Positions 11,767-24,450 of a stretch of DNA of 64,000 nt are shown here, piece after piece; within the stretch, counting starts at the first letter, position 1; each line of letters opens with the position of its first letter. The notes beneath the pieces are model-generated. The model searched no databases, was not told where the DNA came from, and saw only the letters and a program-made list of their open reading frames with translations. This stretch comes from Diadema antillarum. Lineage: Eukaryota. The position numbers were made by a program, and so were the translations under genes. Where the stretch lies: assembly GCF_040938485.1 (NCBI RefSeq), contig NW_027271701.1, forward strand, positions 124,001-188,000, in the 5' to 3' direction.

Positions 11767-13248
11767 ATGGGAGATTCAGAACCAGAAGACATGACACCTC
11801 CTATCACTGAACCCTTGACCCCAAAGTTGTCGAATTCACTGGTGCTAGAAAACTTGCAGTCGAAACTAGGTCACCTTACGGAGGAACAAAGTCGTGAGAT
11901 AGGCAATCTCCTTAGAGAATACCCACAGATCTGTACTGACAAACCAGGTAGGACGACTTTAGTTACTCACCATGTTAACGTTGAGGGTGCCGACCCAATT
12001 AAACAACACCCTTATAGGTTGAGCCCAGAAAAGAGACATCAGGTTCGAGAAGAGGTCAGAAAAATGCTCGATGATGACATTATTGAACCCAGTAACAGTG
12101 CATGGAGTTCTCCCATAGTCATGGTACCCAAGCCTGATGGTAGTAACCGATTTTGCATCGATTACCGTAAAGTAAACAAGGTGACCAAAACTGACTCGTA
12201 CCCACTGCCCCGACTTGAGGACTGCATAGACCAAATAGGGAATGCGAAATTTGTGACGAAAATTGATCTACTCAAGGGGTACTGGCAGGTGCCCCTGTCT
12301 GACGAAGCGCGAGAGATGTCGGCATTTGTGACACCAGACGGACTTTTTCAGAGTAAGGTGATGCCATTTGGGCTTAAAAACGCCCCAGCCACCTTTCAAC
12401 GGTTAATGAATGATGTGACACGGGATGTTGACGGTTGTGTTGTATACATAGACGACGTGGTAGTCTATAGCGACACCTGGGAGTCCCACATCAGACAGCT
12501 GAGGGCGCTTTTTGATAAATTGTCAGAAGCCAATCTGGTCATTAACCTCCAGAAAAGTGAGTTCACGAAGGCTCAGGTCACATATCTAGGTCACGTAGTA
12601 GGTCAAGGTCATGTCTCCCCGCGGGAAGCAAAAATCGAGGCCATACTGGCCTTTCCCCCGCCAAGAACGAAACGAGAGATACTGCGCTTTCTAGGCATGT
12701 GCGGGTTCTATCGCAGATTTGTACACAATTTCAGTACAATAGCTGCCCCTCTGACGAACCTGCTAAAGAAAGGAACGAAGTTCGTTTGGTCCTCTGACTG
12801 TCAAACTGCGTTTGAAAGTTTGAAGGCTATTTTGACACGTGACCCAGTGCTGGTTGCCCCCGACTTTGGGAAACCATTCAAGTTAGCCGTGGACGCTAGT
12901 GACGTAGGTGTAGGGGCCGTCTTGTTTCAGAGTGATGGAAATCAGGTGGATAGACCCGTGAGTTACTTTTCTAGGAAGCTAAATGGGCATCAGCAGAAGT
13001 ATTCCACAGTAGAAAAAGAAACACTTGGCCTCGTACTAGCCCTACAGCACTTTAGTGTGTACACAGGGAGTGGTGGTGGCGATATACAGGTGTACACAGA
13101 CCACAACCCACTCTCCTTTCTGGAGAAGTTCAAGAGCAAGAATGGCAGGCTTTTTCGGTGGAGTCTCCTCTTGCAACCTTTCTCACTCAAAATATCCCAC
13201 ATCTCTGGCAGAGCTAACATTATCCCAGATGCACTGTCGAGGGTGTAG
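11767..13248 (+). CDS. Retrotransposon reverse transcriptase + RNase H (493 aa from the first ATG after the PBS)
   Basis: Uninterrupted ORF with PIKQHPYR, WSSPIVMVPK, FCIDYRKVN, MPFGLKNAPATFQR, VYIDDVVV, LAVDASDVGVGAVL, EKETL, VYTDH and PDALSR followed by stop. Confidence 0.92.
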   Translation: MGDSEPEDMTPPITEPLTPKLSNSLVLENLQSKLGHLTEEQSREIGNLLREYPQICTDKPGRTTLVTHHVNVEGADPIKQHPYRLSPEKRHQVREEVRKMLDDDIIEPSNSAWSSPIVMVPKPDGSNRFCIDYRKVNKVTKTDSYPLPRLEDCIDQIGNAKFVTKIDLLKGYWQVPLSDEAREMSAFVTPDGLFQSKVMPFGLKNAPATFQRLMNDVTRDVDGCVVYIDDVVVYSDTWESHIRQLRALFDKLSEANLVINLQKSEFTKAQVTYLGHVVGQGHVSPREAKIEAILAFPPPRTKREILRFLGMCGFYRRFVHNFSTIAAPLTNLLKKGTKFVWSSDCQTAFESLKAILTRDPVLVAPDFGKPFKLAVDASDVGVGAVLFQSDGNQVDRPVSYFSRKLNGHQQKYSTVEKETLGLVLALQHFSVYTGSGGGDIQVYTDHNPLSFLEKFKSKNGRLFRWSLLLQPFSLKISHISGRANIIPDALSRV

Positions 13249-13934
13249 TTTTGTTTACCCGAAAAGTAAGTAGGGAGTGTTCTTTCTAGATTTTGTATAA
13301 CGTCTTAAGACGAGATGTTAGCTTCTCTCTTTTGTAAGATTGCATACGACAGTTGAAACCATAAGAGATATTAGGCTGTGTTATATCTCTATAGCTGGAG
13401 GGGTTGAAATGAATCTGAAAGAATAGAAAGACAATGTTCAAAAGTTGTTTTTTTTGACAGGACATGATATCAACGAGAGTATTTTGTAAAGGAGACATAA
13501 AATGGCTCCTTTCGAAATAGTATGGTATTTCCTTTTGACAGGAAACGTTTACAGTAATTACCCCCCCCCCCAAACTGTTACCGGTATTTGTATGAAAACA
13601 TTATGTGCAAACATGAAAGAAGATTATAATACAGGTCTGTCACAATACAGACAGAATGCCAAACTTACAGCAAAGCGAAGAGATGATGTTGTGAAACACA
13701 TGCGATAATGTTCCCGTGTTATTATAATCTGAACTGGTTAAATAATGTGTATTTAGTGTGCATTTGAGCCATTCTGTGAGCAGTTGCCTTATATAGTGAG
13801 TGGATACCCTAAGAAGTTCAGAAATAGCCGATGTTTGTTATTTGTTACAAATTATGCAGGATGATGAAGTTGAAATTTGTAACGTGTTTTGATATATAAC
13901 GAAAATATTACTTCAGAGTAATATTTTCTCTCTT

Positions 13935-13945
13935 AGGGGTGGGGG
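13935..13945 (+). promoter_or_regulatory. Polypurine tract
   Basis: AGGGGTGGGGG directly abutting the 3' LTR. Confidence 0.85.
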
Positions 13946-14929
13946 TGTTACGAATTTGCCCATGTAATCATTTTTAGAATATAGTTTCAGGTTTTAGGAT
14001 CATGTGTGTGCGATCACACGTGCATGATCGCGAATGTTTGTAAACACCACCGGTTACGTAATCTCCTTTACACAGCCTTACACACTTCGCCCAGGTTGAG
14101 TTTAATGTTATGAATATATTAAGCTGGGCGTGCCTGACGGAATTTTCCATGTATGTAATAATGTTCATGTTAAAAATACATTGGTCGCGTCAGTCGACTA
14201 TCGGACTCCGGTTAGAGAGGACCGTTATCACTTTCTCGGCGTTCTTGTCTACAATCTTGGGAGGAATTGCTTTCCCCAAGGAACGTGCTCTGCTAAGTGA
14301 ATTTTAGGTGCTAAGAGGCGAGATAAACCAGGATATGCCTATTTCCCTCTAGCCCGTTTTCTTTCGACGACGACGGCGACATTAAGTTTTCGTCGATTTC
14401 CAGGTGAACCACCAGATGGTTTTGAGCCAACGCCCACCTGTGGTTGCTGCACGGTGACTAGTAGGAGCCGCGCCGAGGTCGATACAGGGCGCCGAGACGC
14501 TGTGAGGGACCACGCGCACCCAGCGGCCAACGCCCTTCTGTCTGGCACAGTCACAGCGCTGCAAACTGTGCTGAGATAGCGTCGCCCGCTGACCCGACGA
14601 CGTCCCGTGTATTGACGTGTCCTCCACGTGATAGCGTCTGACGTCGCCTCCCCGCCACGTCGCCGATGTGTTGGGCCCCGACGTTGACTCTCTTAGGGTG
14701 AAACCCTGGCCAGGTATTATACAATCTGAACTTATGTTTTCTTAGTTGAAACGATCCCGTCTATCTTTCATTGTTATGGTTGATTTCACTGTAATGTGTT
14801 GAACAACAATTCTGTGATCCCGGTTGGAGACTGATTGTTAAATAATTTCCTAATAAAAACCCGGAAGATTTGTTCATTTCAATTCACTGAGACCGCCTTG
14901 TATTCATTTGTGTGAACTTGACCGTAACA
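13946..14929 (+). repeat. 3' LTR (984 bp)
   Basis: Direct repeat of 10763-11746 at a constant offset of 3183, followed by the TSD CCTG. Confidence 0.95.
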
Positions 14930-15588
14930 CCTGTTTCATTTTACATATCAACTTGAATGCTAATGTATATCAAACTCAATATATATCGCAATGATATCTG
15001 TTATGATATGGCTGCAATAGGGCAACAATAAGATTCAAATGGCACTAGAGAACCGGTCGGTAATTAATATTTTTCTTTAACTTTTTTTTTTGTGGGCCGT
15101 GTTACGCTCTCGAAGCAGAACTAACATGATATGTGCGTAGATAAGGCCTCTCTTGTTTAAAGTAAAACTTTTGGCTGCACTATGAAACTGAGAAAAAAAA
15201 AACACCACTGGAGACTAAAATGATTAAAACAAGAAAATGTCAAGTCACAGCATTGACATTTCAATCATCAATAGCAATGTGAAGACCATACAGACACCTA
15301 TATATAGGTGTGGATGTATCAGTGTTGCCCGAAATGCTGCGGGAAGTGATCGTCTTCTCTCTTTTGAAATGACTTTTCTTGCAACAACTCTTATTCAGCA
15401 ATACTAGTACCCACTACTGCAGCGAATGTGATTGACTCCATCACATGACGAGATATCATTAAAAAATATCCAACAATATTCAAGAGATGAAAAAGTAATG
15501 AGTCGGAAAGAGTTTCACTGCAGACAGACTGGCCTGCATGCTACAATCCCACGACAGGCCCTTTCGTGATAGGAGTTGCAGTATTAGT

Positions 15589-16585
15589 AGCATTTTTCTT
15601 TGACTGGAAGTCAATAGGTGAATGTATTACGAAAAACTAACGATACTTTACAGCTTATTGACAAGGACCTGGTCTACATTGCCAAGGTTTGAATCAGTGT
15701 CCTATGCGTATACAGGGCATGCAGGTCTCGCAGAAGAGAGGAATGCTATTAGAATCGTTTCATACCTGCCACGGCTGCCACGCTCTATACCACAATGTCT
15801 ACACTATGATTCTTTCATCAATGCCAAGTCAAGCGATTTGTCTGATTCATGTTTACATAATGGCTTCTTAACATTGGACTATAATGGATAATTTCTTTCA
15901 GACATCGGCAGCATCAGAGGGTGCAAAAAAAAAATCATTGTATCCGTTCGGCGAGGCATGTCCTTGAAGAGATAGAGAAACAATAAGCAGATGGTAAAAG
16001 AGTGGTATGGATGGTGTAGTTATTTGAAACCTGAATGACTCCACACCCCCTCTCAGCAGATCAGCCAAACAGTCGTCATAACAAAGCATTTTTCTTTGAC
16101 TGGAAGTCAATAGGTGAATGTATTACGAAAAACTAACGATACTTTACAGCTTATTGACAAGGACCTGGTCTACATTGTCAAGGTTTGAACCTGTGTCCTA
16201 TGCTTACCTTTAATGAGGGGCAGGTCTCGCAGAAGAGAGGAATGCTGTTAGAATCCTTTCATACCTGACAAACTCTATACCACAATGTCTATACACTATG
16301 ATTTTTTCATCAATGCCAAGTCAAGCGATTTGTCTGATTCATACTTACATATAATGACTTCTTAACATTGGACTATGATGTAGAATGCCATTCAGAAATC
16401 GACAGCATACATCAGAAGGTACAAAAAAAAAACTTATTGTGTCCGTTCGGCGAGGCATGTCCTTGAAGAGATGAATGAATCGACAATAAGCGGAAGGAAA
16501 AGAATGGTTTGGATGGTGTAGTTATTTGAAATCTGAATGACTCCACACCCCATCTTAGCAGGTCAGCTAGACAGTCGTCATAACA
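15589..16585. repeat. Tandem duplication of a ~496-bp unit, possibly decayed L2 RT on the minus strand
   Basis: agcatttttctttgactggaagtcaataggtgaatg... starts at 15589 and 16085, and the copies stay collinear. Minus-strand HSSLLRDL is weakly RT-like. Confidence 0.85.
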
Positions 16586-17296
16586 ATGTGTTCTTTAGCA
16601 GCTTCTCCCGTTCGCAATATTTGCTACATAAAGTCGTTCAATTTGTGCCTTTGTATTCCCTTCTTAATTTCTTGTACTTCCGCTTTTCTTCTTATCATTA
16701 CTATCATCTTTATCATTATTGTTCATGTCCATTTTCACTATACTATAGGAAGTCGACGTTGTCATTGATAATTACTGATCTTTCATTTAAGACATTTAGT
16801 CAAATCGATTTTTTTTAATTCTCTTTTGCCTTGAATAGCTAAGTTTACTTGTTTGTCATCATGCAATTCAACAACTGTATAGCACTTCCCTGTAGTAACA
16901 AATTACGATGATAACAACTTATAGAAATCGGATAACGTCTCAACAGTAACATGTTTTGAAGTGTCACCATCATTCGCGAATGCGAAATCAGAAGACTAGA
17001 AACCATTTTTAGAGTAGAGCTTCCAAGGTGCATATGTGACAAAACTTGACGTCATTTCGTACTCTGAATAAAATTTGTAGTTTTGAATGAGTACGGATGG
17101 ACATATATTCCCTACTAAAGCCGAACCTGCGTATTCAGAAAAGTATTGACAGACTCTGCTGAAAATCGTTTTTGTGACATTTCGACTACTTTTGAAAGCT
17201 TTCCGAAATTGTTAACACCAGGAAAAATATGGTTTAAAAAAATCTGGTAAGAAGCAAGCGCGACCCGTTGGGGAGGTAGGCCTACTCAACGAACGT

Positions 17297-17752
17297 GTGA
17301 CGCAACAAGTGTACGAAGCAATCAAGATGGACGCTCAGCAAAATGACAGCAAAGTGAGAGAACTAGGAAAGCAAGTGAGTCAACTCAGGAAAGACTTGTC
17401 AGACATCAGCAGAAACATAGATGATCAGGAGCAATACAGTCGTCGAAACTGTTTGAGGTTCCATGGCATAAAGGACGATCAAGGAGAAAACACAGACACA
17501 TTGGTGAGCGACATCGTCCATGATCGTCTGGGCATCAGCCTTTCCCCCGTTGACATCGACGGCAGCCACAGAATCATGCCGAGATACAAAGATACCGTAC
17601 CCAACGGGGCGGTGAAGGAGAAAAGCATCATCAAGTTTTCCACGTACAACGCACGTGAAAAAGTGTATCAGATCGAAGCTGAAGGGAACATCAATCTTCA
17701 TCAACGAAGAGCTCACGTACAAGCGTCAGGAGCTCATGTACAGGCTATGTAG
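17297..17752 (+). mobile_element. CR1/L2-group LINE ORF1 fragment
   Basis: Coiled coil followed by DDQEQYSRRNCLRFHGI..GENTD.LV..IV..RLGISL...DIDGSHRI, the typical ORF1 RRM-like motif of CR1/L2/Crack elements. Frameshifts near the end. Confidence 0.75.
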
Positions 17753-18211
17753 TTACACAAAGGATATGTAGTTACCCAAATGTTCAATATGATGGCTCCA
17801 GTCTAGTGACTTATCAATATACAAACCTAGATATTTATTTATTTATTTATTTATTCATCTATTTATTTATCTACTTATGTATTTATTTTCATTTTACTTA
17901 TTTATTTATTTCATTTATTTATCTATTTTATTTATTTATTCATTTATTCATTTATTAGTTTATTTAGTTTTCTTTTAGCAGGGTAGCTCTTTCAGCTCAC
18001 TCGGAACTGCTCTGCCAAGGGGCCCTGCATCACATACAAAATACAATTTGAGTAAAAAAAAAACCCCACAGACTTAGACACTGTTTTGTAAGCATGGGTG
18101 TGTTTGTGTGTAGGTATGTGTGCATGTGTGTGTGTGTGTGCATGATTGTGCGTGCATGTATATGTGCGTGTGCTGGTTTGGGTGGTTGCCGGTGTACTGG
18201 TGTGGAGGTGA

Positions 18212-18255
<44 letters not shown>

Positions 18256-19696
18256 TCGTGTTGGTGTGTGTGTGTGTGTGTACGTGAGGTCTTTTCTTTC
18301 CGTTATTTTCTATCTCTCCCGGACTTGATTGTATTTTTTTTTTGGTTCCTTTTTCAATGTTTTTGGTTTCATTGATACGAGCAATAGCTGAATAGTGTAC
18401 AGTTTTGTCGGAGGTAATCTAAACATGAAAGCATAAATCAGTTTTATTAGATCCAAGATTTATTTTTAAGCTAAGTTTCAGATTTTGCTCTGTTTTCAAC
18501 CCTCTGTCCGAAACTTTAATTTTGCACATGGGTCAGCTGGTGTGTATAGGAGTGTGTGGTTAACACCCAGACAATGGTCCTGAACAATGGCCAGGGTTTG
18601 AATGCTCTATCACATATGCATGAGAAATTCCACTATCACAGCTAGTCTTTATTTATTCGGAAATGCAGTGTATGCAAGCACATGAGAACACGTGCTTACT
18701 TTTTCACGTGCACGCATTTTACTAGTACCGTCTACCATGTTTTCAGATTATAGTGCCCAAGGCAATCCATCGTGAATCATTAGTAAAGCATTCATGTGCT
18801 TTTGAGCAAGAGACCAGAAGCCTAGTCTGCAGAGCTCTGAAAAGGTGGTATAGACCACTTTGCGCATGAGCATGGTATTTCGCAATATAAAAGGAAATAG
18901 GCTGTTATTGCATTCAATACAAAACAATGAAATGGATGCCTGCTAAATTGTCAACTGATGGAATATTCTGATCACCTGATCAAAACGCAAGTTAATTCTT
19001 TGTTTGAACATGAATTCCATAGATTGTTACGTCAGGCAAGCTTATGCATTATGCCGCTTTGAAAACGAATCAAGTGCCTAACCAACTGAGAAAAAAGGAA
19101 GGTCATTTGTACCAATGTGTACATGAGATAATTACGAACTGGCTTATTTGTGGTATTTATGCCTATTGTTCAGGGTCATTGTAAGCACACCCTCACATAC
19201 ACATCATTGGTTCCAATGTAAAGTTAAGTTTTGTACAGATGGTTCAAATTTGACCAAAATCTGGAACTTTTCTTTAAAATTAATCATGGATTTAATGAAA
19301 CTTATTCATGCTCTCATATTCAAATCACCTTGAACTAAATTGTGCACTATTCAGCTATTACTCATATCAATGACAGTGTTATCTGATGTATAGTTTTTAA
19401 ATTAAGCATCAAAAGTGGGATTTTTTTTTGTAACACCTAGTATGTGCATTTGCGTGTGCCTGTATCACTGTGTTTGTGCGGATACGCCTACTTAACTTAT
19501 CTTACCTTCATTGTATTGTAGCCATTTTTAGTGTTATCTTTTCATCAGGATTATAGACCATGCCTATTTCGTTTTATGGTGCATGATTTGAACACAGAAT
19601 ATCATTAAGCTAATTGAATATGGAATTGAATATGTATTCTTGGCGCCAAATGCACATATGTTAGTTATAGTATTTGACTTCCGATTTTGTTGGCAG

Positions 19697-20779
19697 GACT
19701 GCTTCGTGTATCGCCAGACGGTCGCCAATCATAACCAGCCGCCTTTCCCGACTAACCGAAGATGGGTCGGTCTTCCTTGCAACATCGATGCCGCCTACCA
19801 GTCAGGAAATGGCGATAGATACTTCTTCAAAGGTGAATGATATTTCAATTGACTGCCTACTCCTGTTATCGCTAAAAGTTCAGTTAAAAACTTAATGTTG
19901 CATAGCTTTATCATGATTGGGGACGAGTCCCGAGTATACTCGGGCAAGACAGTGTCTATAGGAAATGCGTTTTGTGGCAAAATCAGTCCGTCCTCAACGG
20001 GTTTAACTAAAACACTTGGTCACTGGGATTTGATTACGTGGAACCAGAGAGAGAACGCCTTTACGACTCTGACAGTCTGGGGGCACAAAGGTTGGAGAAC
20101 TGTGGAGTGATGGATAAGATTCTAAACTCTTTTACTTTCGAACAGAGGTCCCGGTTCGAATACTTATGTGCTTAGACAAGATGTTATTGCCCATGGTTTT
20201 CCTCTTGACCCACGTGTAATGTTCTGTATTATGAAATTGATAAACTAGATGTCGTCAGTCTTTATTACTGATATTTTGATTACTACCATTTTCATCTTTG
20301 TGAATACTACATTATAATCTAATAATCATTTAATCGATGTTGTATAGGCACTTCCTACCTGACCATAACAATTTAAATCGAAGTTCATGATTTAATCAGG
20401 CCCAAGGTAATTACATATTCAATATATTCATTCTTATTTTCCATTCCAATGTCTGCACGAACAGGGAGCCTACAAGTTTAGCAAAACCAACAGCTTACTA
20501 CGACGGGCTCGCATTACGAATATTTTATGTTCGGCAATGTACCCGTGGCACTATGGAGCGGTATCGAAGCAGCAAGCTTGTTCGTTCGCCGACGGCTTCG
20601 TCTACTTCTTCCAAGAAGGTCGCTACTACAAGATGAATGACGCCACCATGTGGTTCGAACCAGGTTCCTCTGACATCATCAGCAACCTTCTACCACAGTG
20701 TCGGAATCTGAATCTCGCCGGCCAATCACACTGCTCTTCACACACACATCAACATGATTCTGGCTGTGGTTGCTCGTGA
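19697..20779 (+). pseudogene. Hemopexin-repeat protein exons (19697-19832 and ~20465-20779), apparently disrupted
   Basis: Exon 1 (CAG/GT, 136 bp): RRWVGLPCNIDAAYQSGNGDRYFFKG. Exon 2 has SGIEAASL in one frame and FADGFVYFFQEGRYYKM in another, separated by a TTCG duplication. The direct splice gives TAG at 20479. Confidence 0.6.
20100..20200 (+). mobile_element. tRNA-derived SINE head (degenerate)
   Basis: A-box-like TGGAGTGATGG and B-box GGTTCGAAT about 50 bp apart. Confidence 0.4.
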
Positions 20780-21086
20780 GAATATCTGTCTGAATAACGG
20801 ACTTTGATGATAATTATGGAAATGTCACATCCTGCAGTAATATTAATATCACTATTCATTGTCTTTGTTCATTATGAACTTATCTCAGGAAGCCAGTAAC
20901 CTTAATTTGTAAAGAAGACCTTCGCGCCTCTCTCAATAGCTAAATACGAGTGTGGCTCTGGCTGTTCGTGAGAGTTCCAGTCGGGAAAACTGACTTTTAC
21001 GATAATTATGTTAACGTCATGTCCTGCAGCAATTGATCTCATTATATCATCTTTGTGCATTAGGAAACAAGTAAACTCAATTTGTA

Positions 21087-21616
21087 CACTGCAAAAAGTC
21101 CGGTGTTAAATAGTGAACACCGAGCTGGTGTTAAATTTTCGGTGCTCATTTATGGTGTTAAATTAACACCTCCGGGTGCCATTTCCAAATATAAAACTGT
21201 TTTTTGAAGAGTTTCTTAGTAACTGCACTTCTTGTTGATTTTTAATCTAAACAAGACGATCAAGAATTTTACATTAAAATACTAGATTTTTGAAAAATGT
21301 GAAAATAAATTTACACCACAGTAACACCAGCTGGTGTGGTCTCTTATTGAAGCTGGACGGGTGTTAAACCATTGATATTAACACCGACAAATATCAAATC
21401 AACACCATGTGGTGTCATTTTTGAATTAACACCAGTACAGTGTCAAAATAACACCAGGTACAGTGTCAAATTAACACCACGAAGTGTCAGGTGAACACTT
21501 TTCAACACCATCACAGTGCATTTTCTACACCTGTGGGTGTGGTCCTTTATTGAAGTTTGATCGGTGTTAGGTTTAACACCCATGGTGTTAAATCTAACAC
21601 CGATGTTTTTACAGTG
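21087..21616. mobile_element. Non-autonomous CACT-ended (EnSpm/CACTA-like) element, 530 bp, TA target duplication
   Basis: TA|CACTGCAAAAA...TTTTTACAGTG|TA with many subterminal AACACC/GGTGTT motifs. An empty-site paralog lies at ~20905-20945. Confidence 0.85.
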
Positions 21617-23865
21617 TAAAGAAGACCTTCGCGCCTCTCTCAGGAGCTAAATACATTAGTAGGAAGGACTTTGAAATAACGACGAGGAAGTGTTGTCATC
21701 TGATACATACCTACAGGTACTTATATCTCGTTTAGCCTTTATAGAAATATGACTGGACCAATGTTTACATTCACCTTGATGGTAATAAGTCACATGTTGT
21801 GATTGAGAAACCTCTATGGCCTCTTGCCTCTTTTTTTCCAAACATTCCTGTAACTATGTACTTATGTATTTAGCTTCTACAAAGAAAGGCAAGGTAATTT
21901 TCAGGGCATATTGTTGTAAAATGTTCGGAAAATATTCAATGCGATGGATATTTAGTATGGATAAACTTTGTGTAAAACTTATAAAGCAATGCAAAGACTG
22001 TTGTGATCATGACAGTATTTGAATTTGTCAGACAGATAAAGAATCAGGAGTTTTGATGAGTTAGATTTGAATTATTGATTTTATGATGTAAATAAAAATG
22101 ATTAAGTAGAAACCTATGTTCTCGTATTCATATTCAGACGTTTTCTAGTGTCTTTTGTTTCTAAAGAAAGACCGACAGCAGGATTTCTGAAGGGTTAAGA
22201 AACAGAAGCAGAAACAGACACACACACACAGACACAGACACACACGCGCACACACAAAGCCACTCGAAGCCCATGTTCTAGCCTCTGTGAAAGTTTTTTT
22301 TTTAAATTGCAGACTGTATAACATCTTTTTTTTTTTTAATATCCAGAAAAGTAAGATAAAACATGATATCTTGTTTGCTCTTGTGGAATGTTGAGCTTCA
22401 TTCGTACTTCTGATTGATTTAATGACAATAATTATTAACTATATATTTATTTGACAAATCACGAGTGACGAAGAATGATCGGTATAATTCGCTTGAACGT
22501 TAGCAGTGGTGATATTGTGTGCATACATCGCAACTTCAGCTTCAACAATTAAGCAGTCAGGGAGCTAGTTATTCGTTTTACTTTTTTCTTTTTTTCTGGT
22601 CCTGTTATTGTTTTCATGTTAATGCGTGTGTGTGTGTGTGTGTGTGTGTGTGACGTCTGTTTTAGATATGCATGTTATAACTAAATATTCGGCAAAACGA
22701 TTTGTAACCGGAGAATTGATGGGTGAAATGAAAGTCATTTTGAGATTACATATGCCTTTAAAGTGCACTGTATGTTATAATGTCAAATTATTTTTTTCTC
22801 CCGACATCTTTCGGTTTACTGATAAGATGAAAATGTGAATTCCTCATTATGAGAGCAATGATACTGTATAGTTTACATAATTTGGTACATTATTACAAAA
22901 AAAAATGAATAACATCAACGACAACAACACAGCTGCAGGCAAATCCTTCAAAGAAACGCACCACTGGAAGCATAAATGTCGATGATAATATATCATTACT
23001 TTTAACAATGTTTTCTCTCTGTGTTTGACAATAGTCCCTAATCAGTACTAATATATAAATAGAAAGAATATTTATAAACTCTGAAATCCATAACGGTAGA
23101 AAAATTCAAATCTGGTTTGGAAATCAAATTTGATTTATAAATATCACCTGTATGATTGCGATCGGTACAAAGGTCATTCACACTCACATCAGACCTATCG
23201 GATCTTAGTTGATATCTATAAGATAGACTCCTTTATTATCTTATTACATGATCTTAACGATTCGACATGACTGCTCTGAAGTTGGCGGGAAGAGATAAGA
23301 ATCTGTTTTCAGCAATTACAATTTCTTGATTGGGGAAAAAAATCTGGGTTCTGGAAGTGTATTTAAGATGCTTACAAACAAGTTATATATATATATATAT
23401 ATATTCAGCTACGAGCTAGAGGTAAAAGAATAATATTGTGTATCTTTCTTTTTTCTTCAACCAATTCGTCAGTTCGCAAAGAGTGAATAAAAAGATTGTT
23501 CCTCCGTAGGTATAACTTTAGTATCGTTTTTAAATGCTCTAACAGCTGTGCACTTTTGCATAACCAGAATGAAATACCAGGGGATGGGTGTGAGTATAAT
23601 ATATTCTAGGAAATGACCTGAACTGCAATGCCCGTCTCTTTCCAATCATTTATTACACCCGATACACTACTGTACCACCAAACGTATGTGGTCAAAATTG
23701 TATACTGCCGCGCAAGAGTCAAAATCACACTTGCGATGTCAGTGTTCAAATATAAGACTGATAATTTTGTCCATACTCTACTTCTACAATGAAAATTGTA
23801 TGTGAGACAAAGATTGTGATTTGTCATATAAACACATTCAGACACTTGAACGTAAGATACTTTAA

Positions 23866-24278
23866 ACGGTTGGCATAGCTTTAGGTGAGATGGAGGATTC
23901 AGATTTTAACTTTTTGCGAGATGATAAGAAATAACTTATGGAATATAACATACAATGTTAAGAGGAATGCAAAGTCTATTTGATGAAAATCGGTTCTGAA
24001 ATGGCCGAGATATCACAAAAAAAGTAAAAATGGTCCTGTAATAAACGGTTTGTCCAACCTTTTATTAGGATACCTCTTTGTCTTTGGATATCTGAGCCAT
24101 TTCAAAACCAATTTTCATCAAGTAATCTTTGAATTCCTCTCAGAATTGTATGCTCTATGATATATCAGAAGAGGTTTCTCATCATTTTCATCATCTCTTA
24201 AAAAGTTGGAAACCTGAAGCCCCATCTCATTATCATTATTATGATACCAGTAACTATAACCCAAACAATACCATCCCT
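23866..24278. mobile_element. Palindromic MITE with TTAA flanks (Kolobok-like)
   Basis: TTAA at 23862 and 24279. Imperfect long inverted arms, e.g. ttgatgaaaatcggttctgaaatggccgagatatc versus gatatctgagccatttcaaaaccaattttcatcaa. Confidence 0.6.
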
Positions 24279-24450
24279 TTAATGAAACATGTTTCCTTCA
24301 AAATTTCTAGTCAAAATTCTCTTTTACTTCATTTCACCCCTCACATCGTGGTACCAAATTCATAGATTCTTGAGTGTTGGAGAAAGTTTTTAATGGTATT
24401 CGCTTTTCGTTCTACGTGCCACTATCACATTCGTATAGACCCAAGATGTA

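Larger units (their letters stand above)
10763..14929 (+). mobile_element. Ty3/gypsy (Gmr1-like) LTR element with complete ends; internally lacks gag, protease and integrase
   Basis: Two 984-bp LTRs (10763-11746, 13946-14929) with TGTTACG...CGTAACA termini. 4-bp TSD CCTG (10759-10762, 14930-14933). tRNA-Pro-type PBS and PPT present. Single RT-RNase H ORF. Confidence 0.95.

Noticed and set aside
18094-18375. 93-aa Val/Cys-rich ORF
   Set aside because: Translation of (GT)n microsatellites.
21087-21616. Regularly recurring AACACC/GGTGTT motifs resembling a CRISPR-like array
   Set aside because: Spacing is irregular and the motifs occur on both strands inside TIRs; these are subterminal transposon repeats in a eukaryote.
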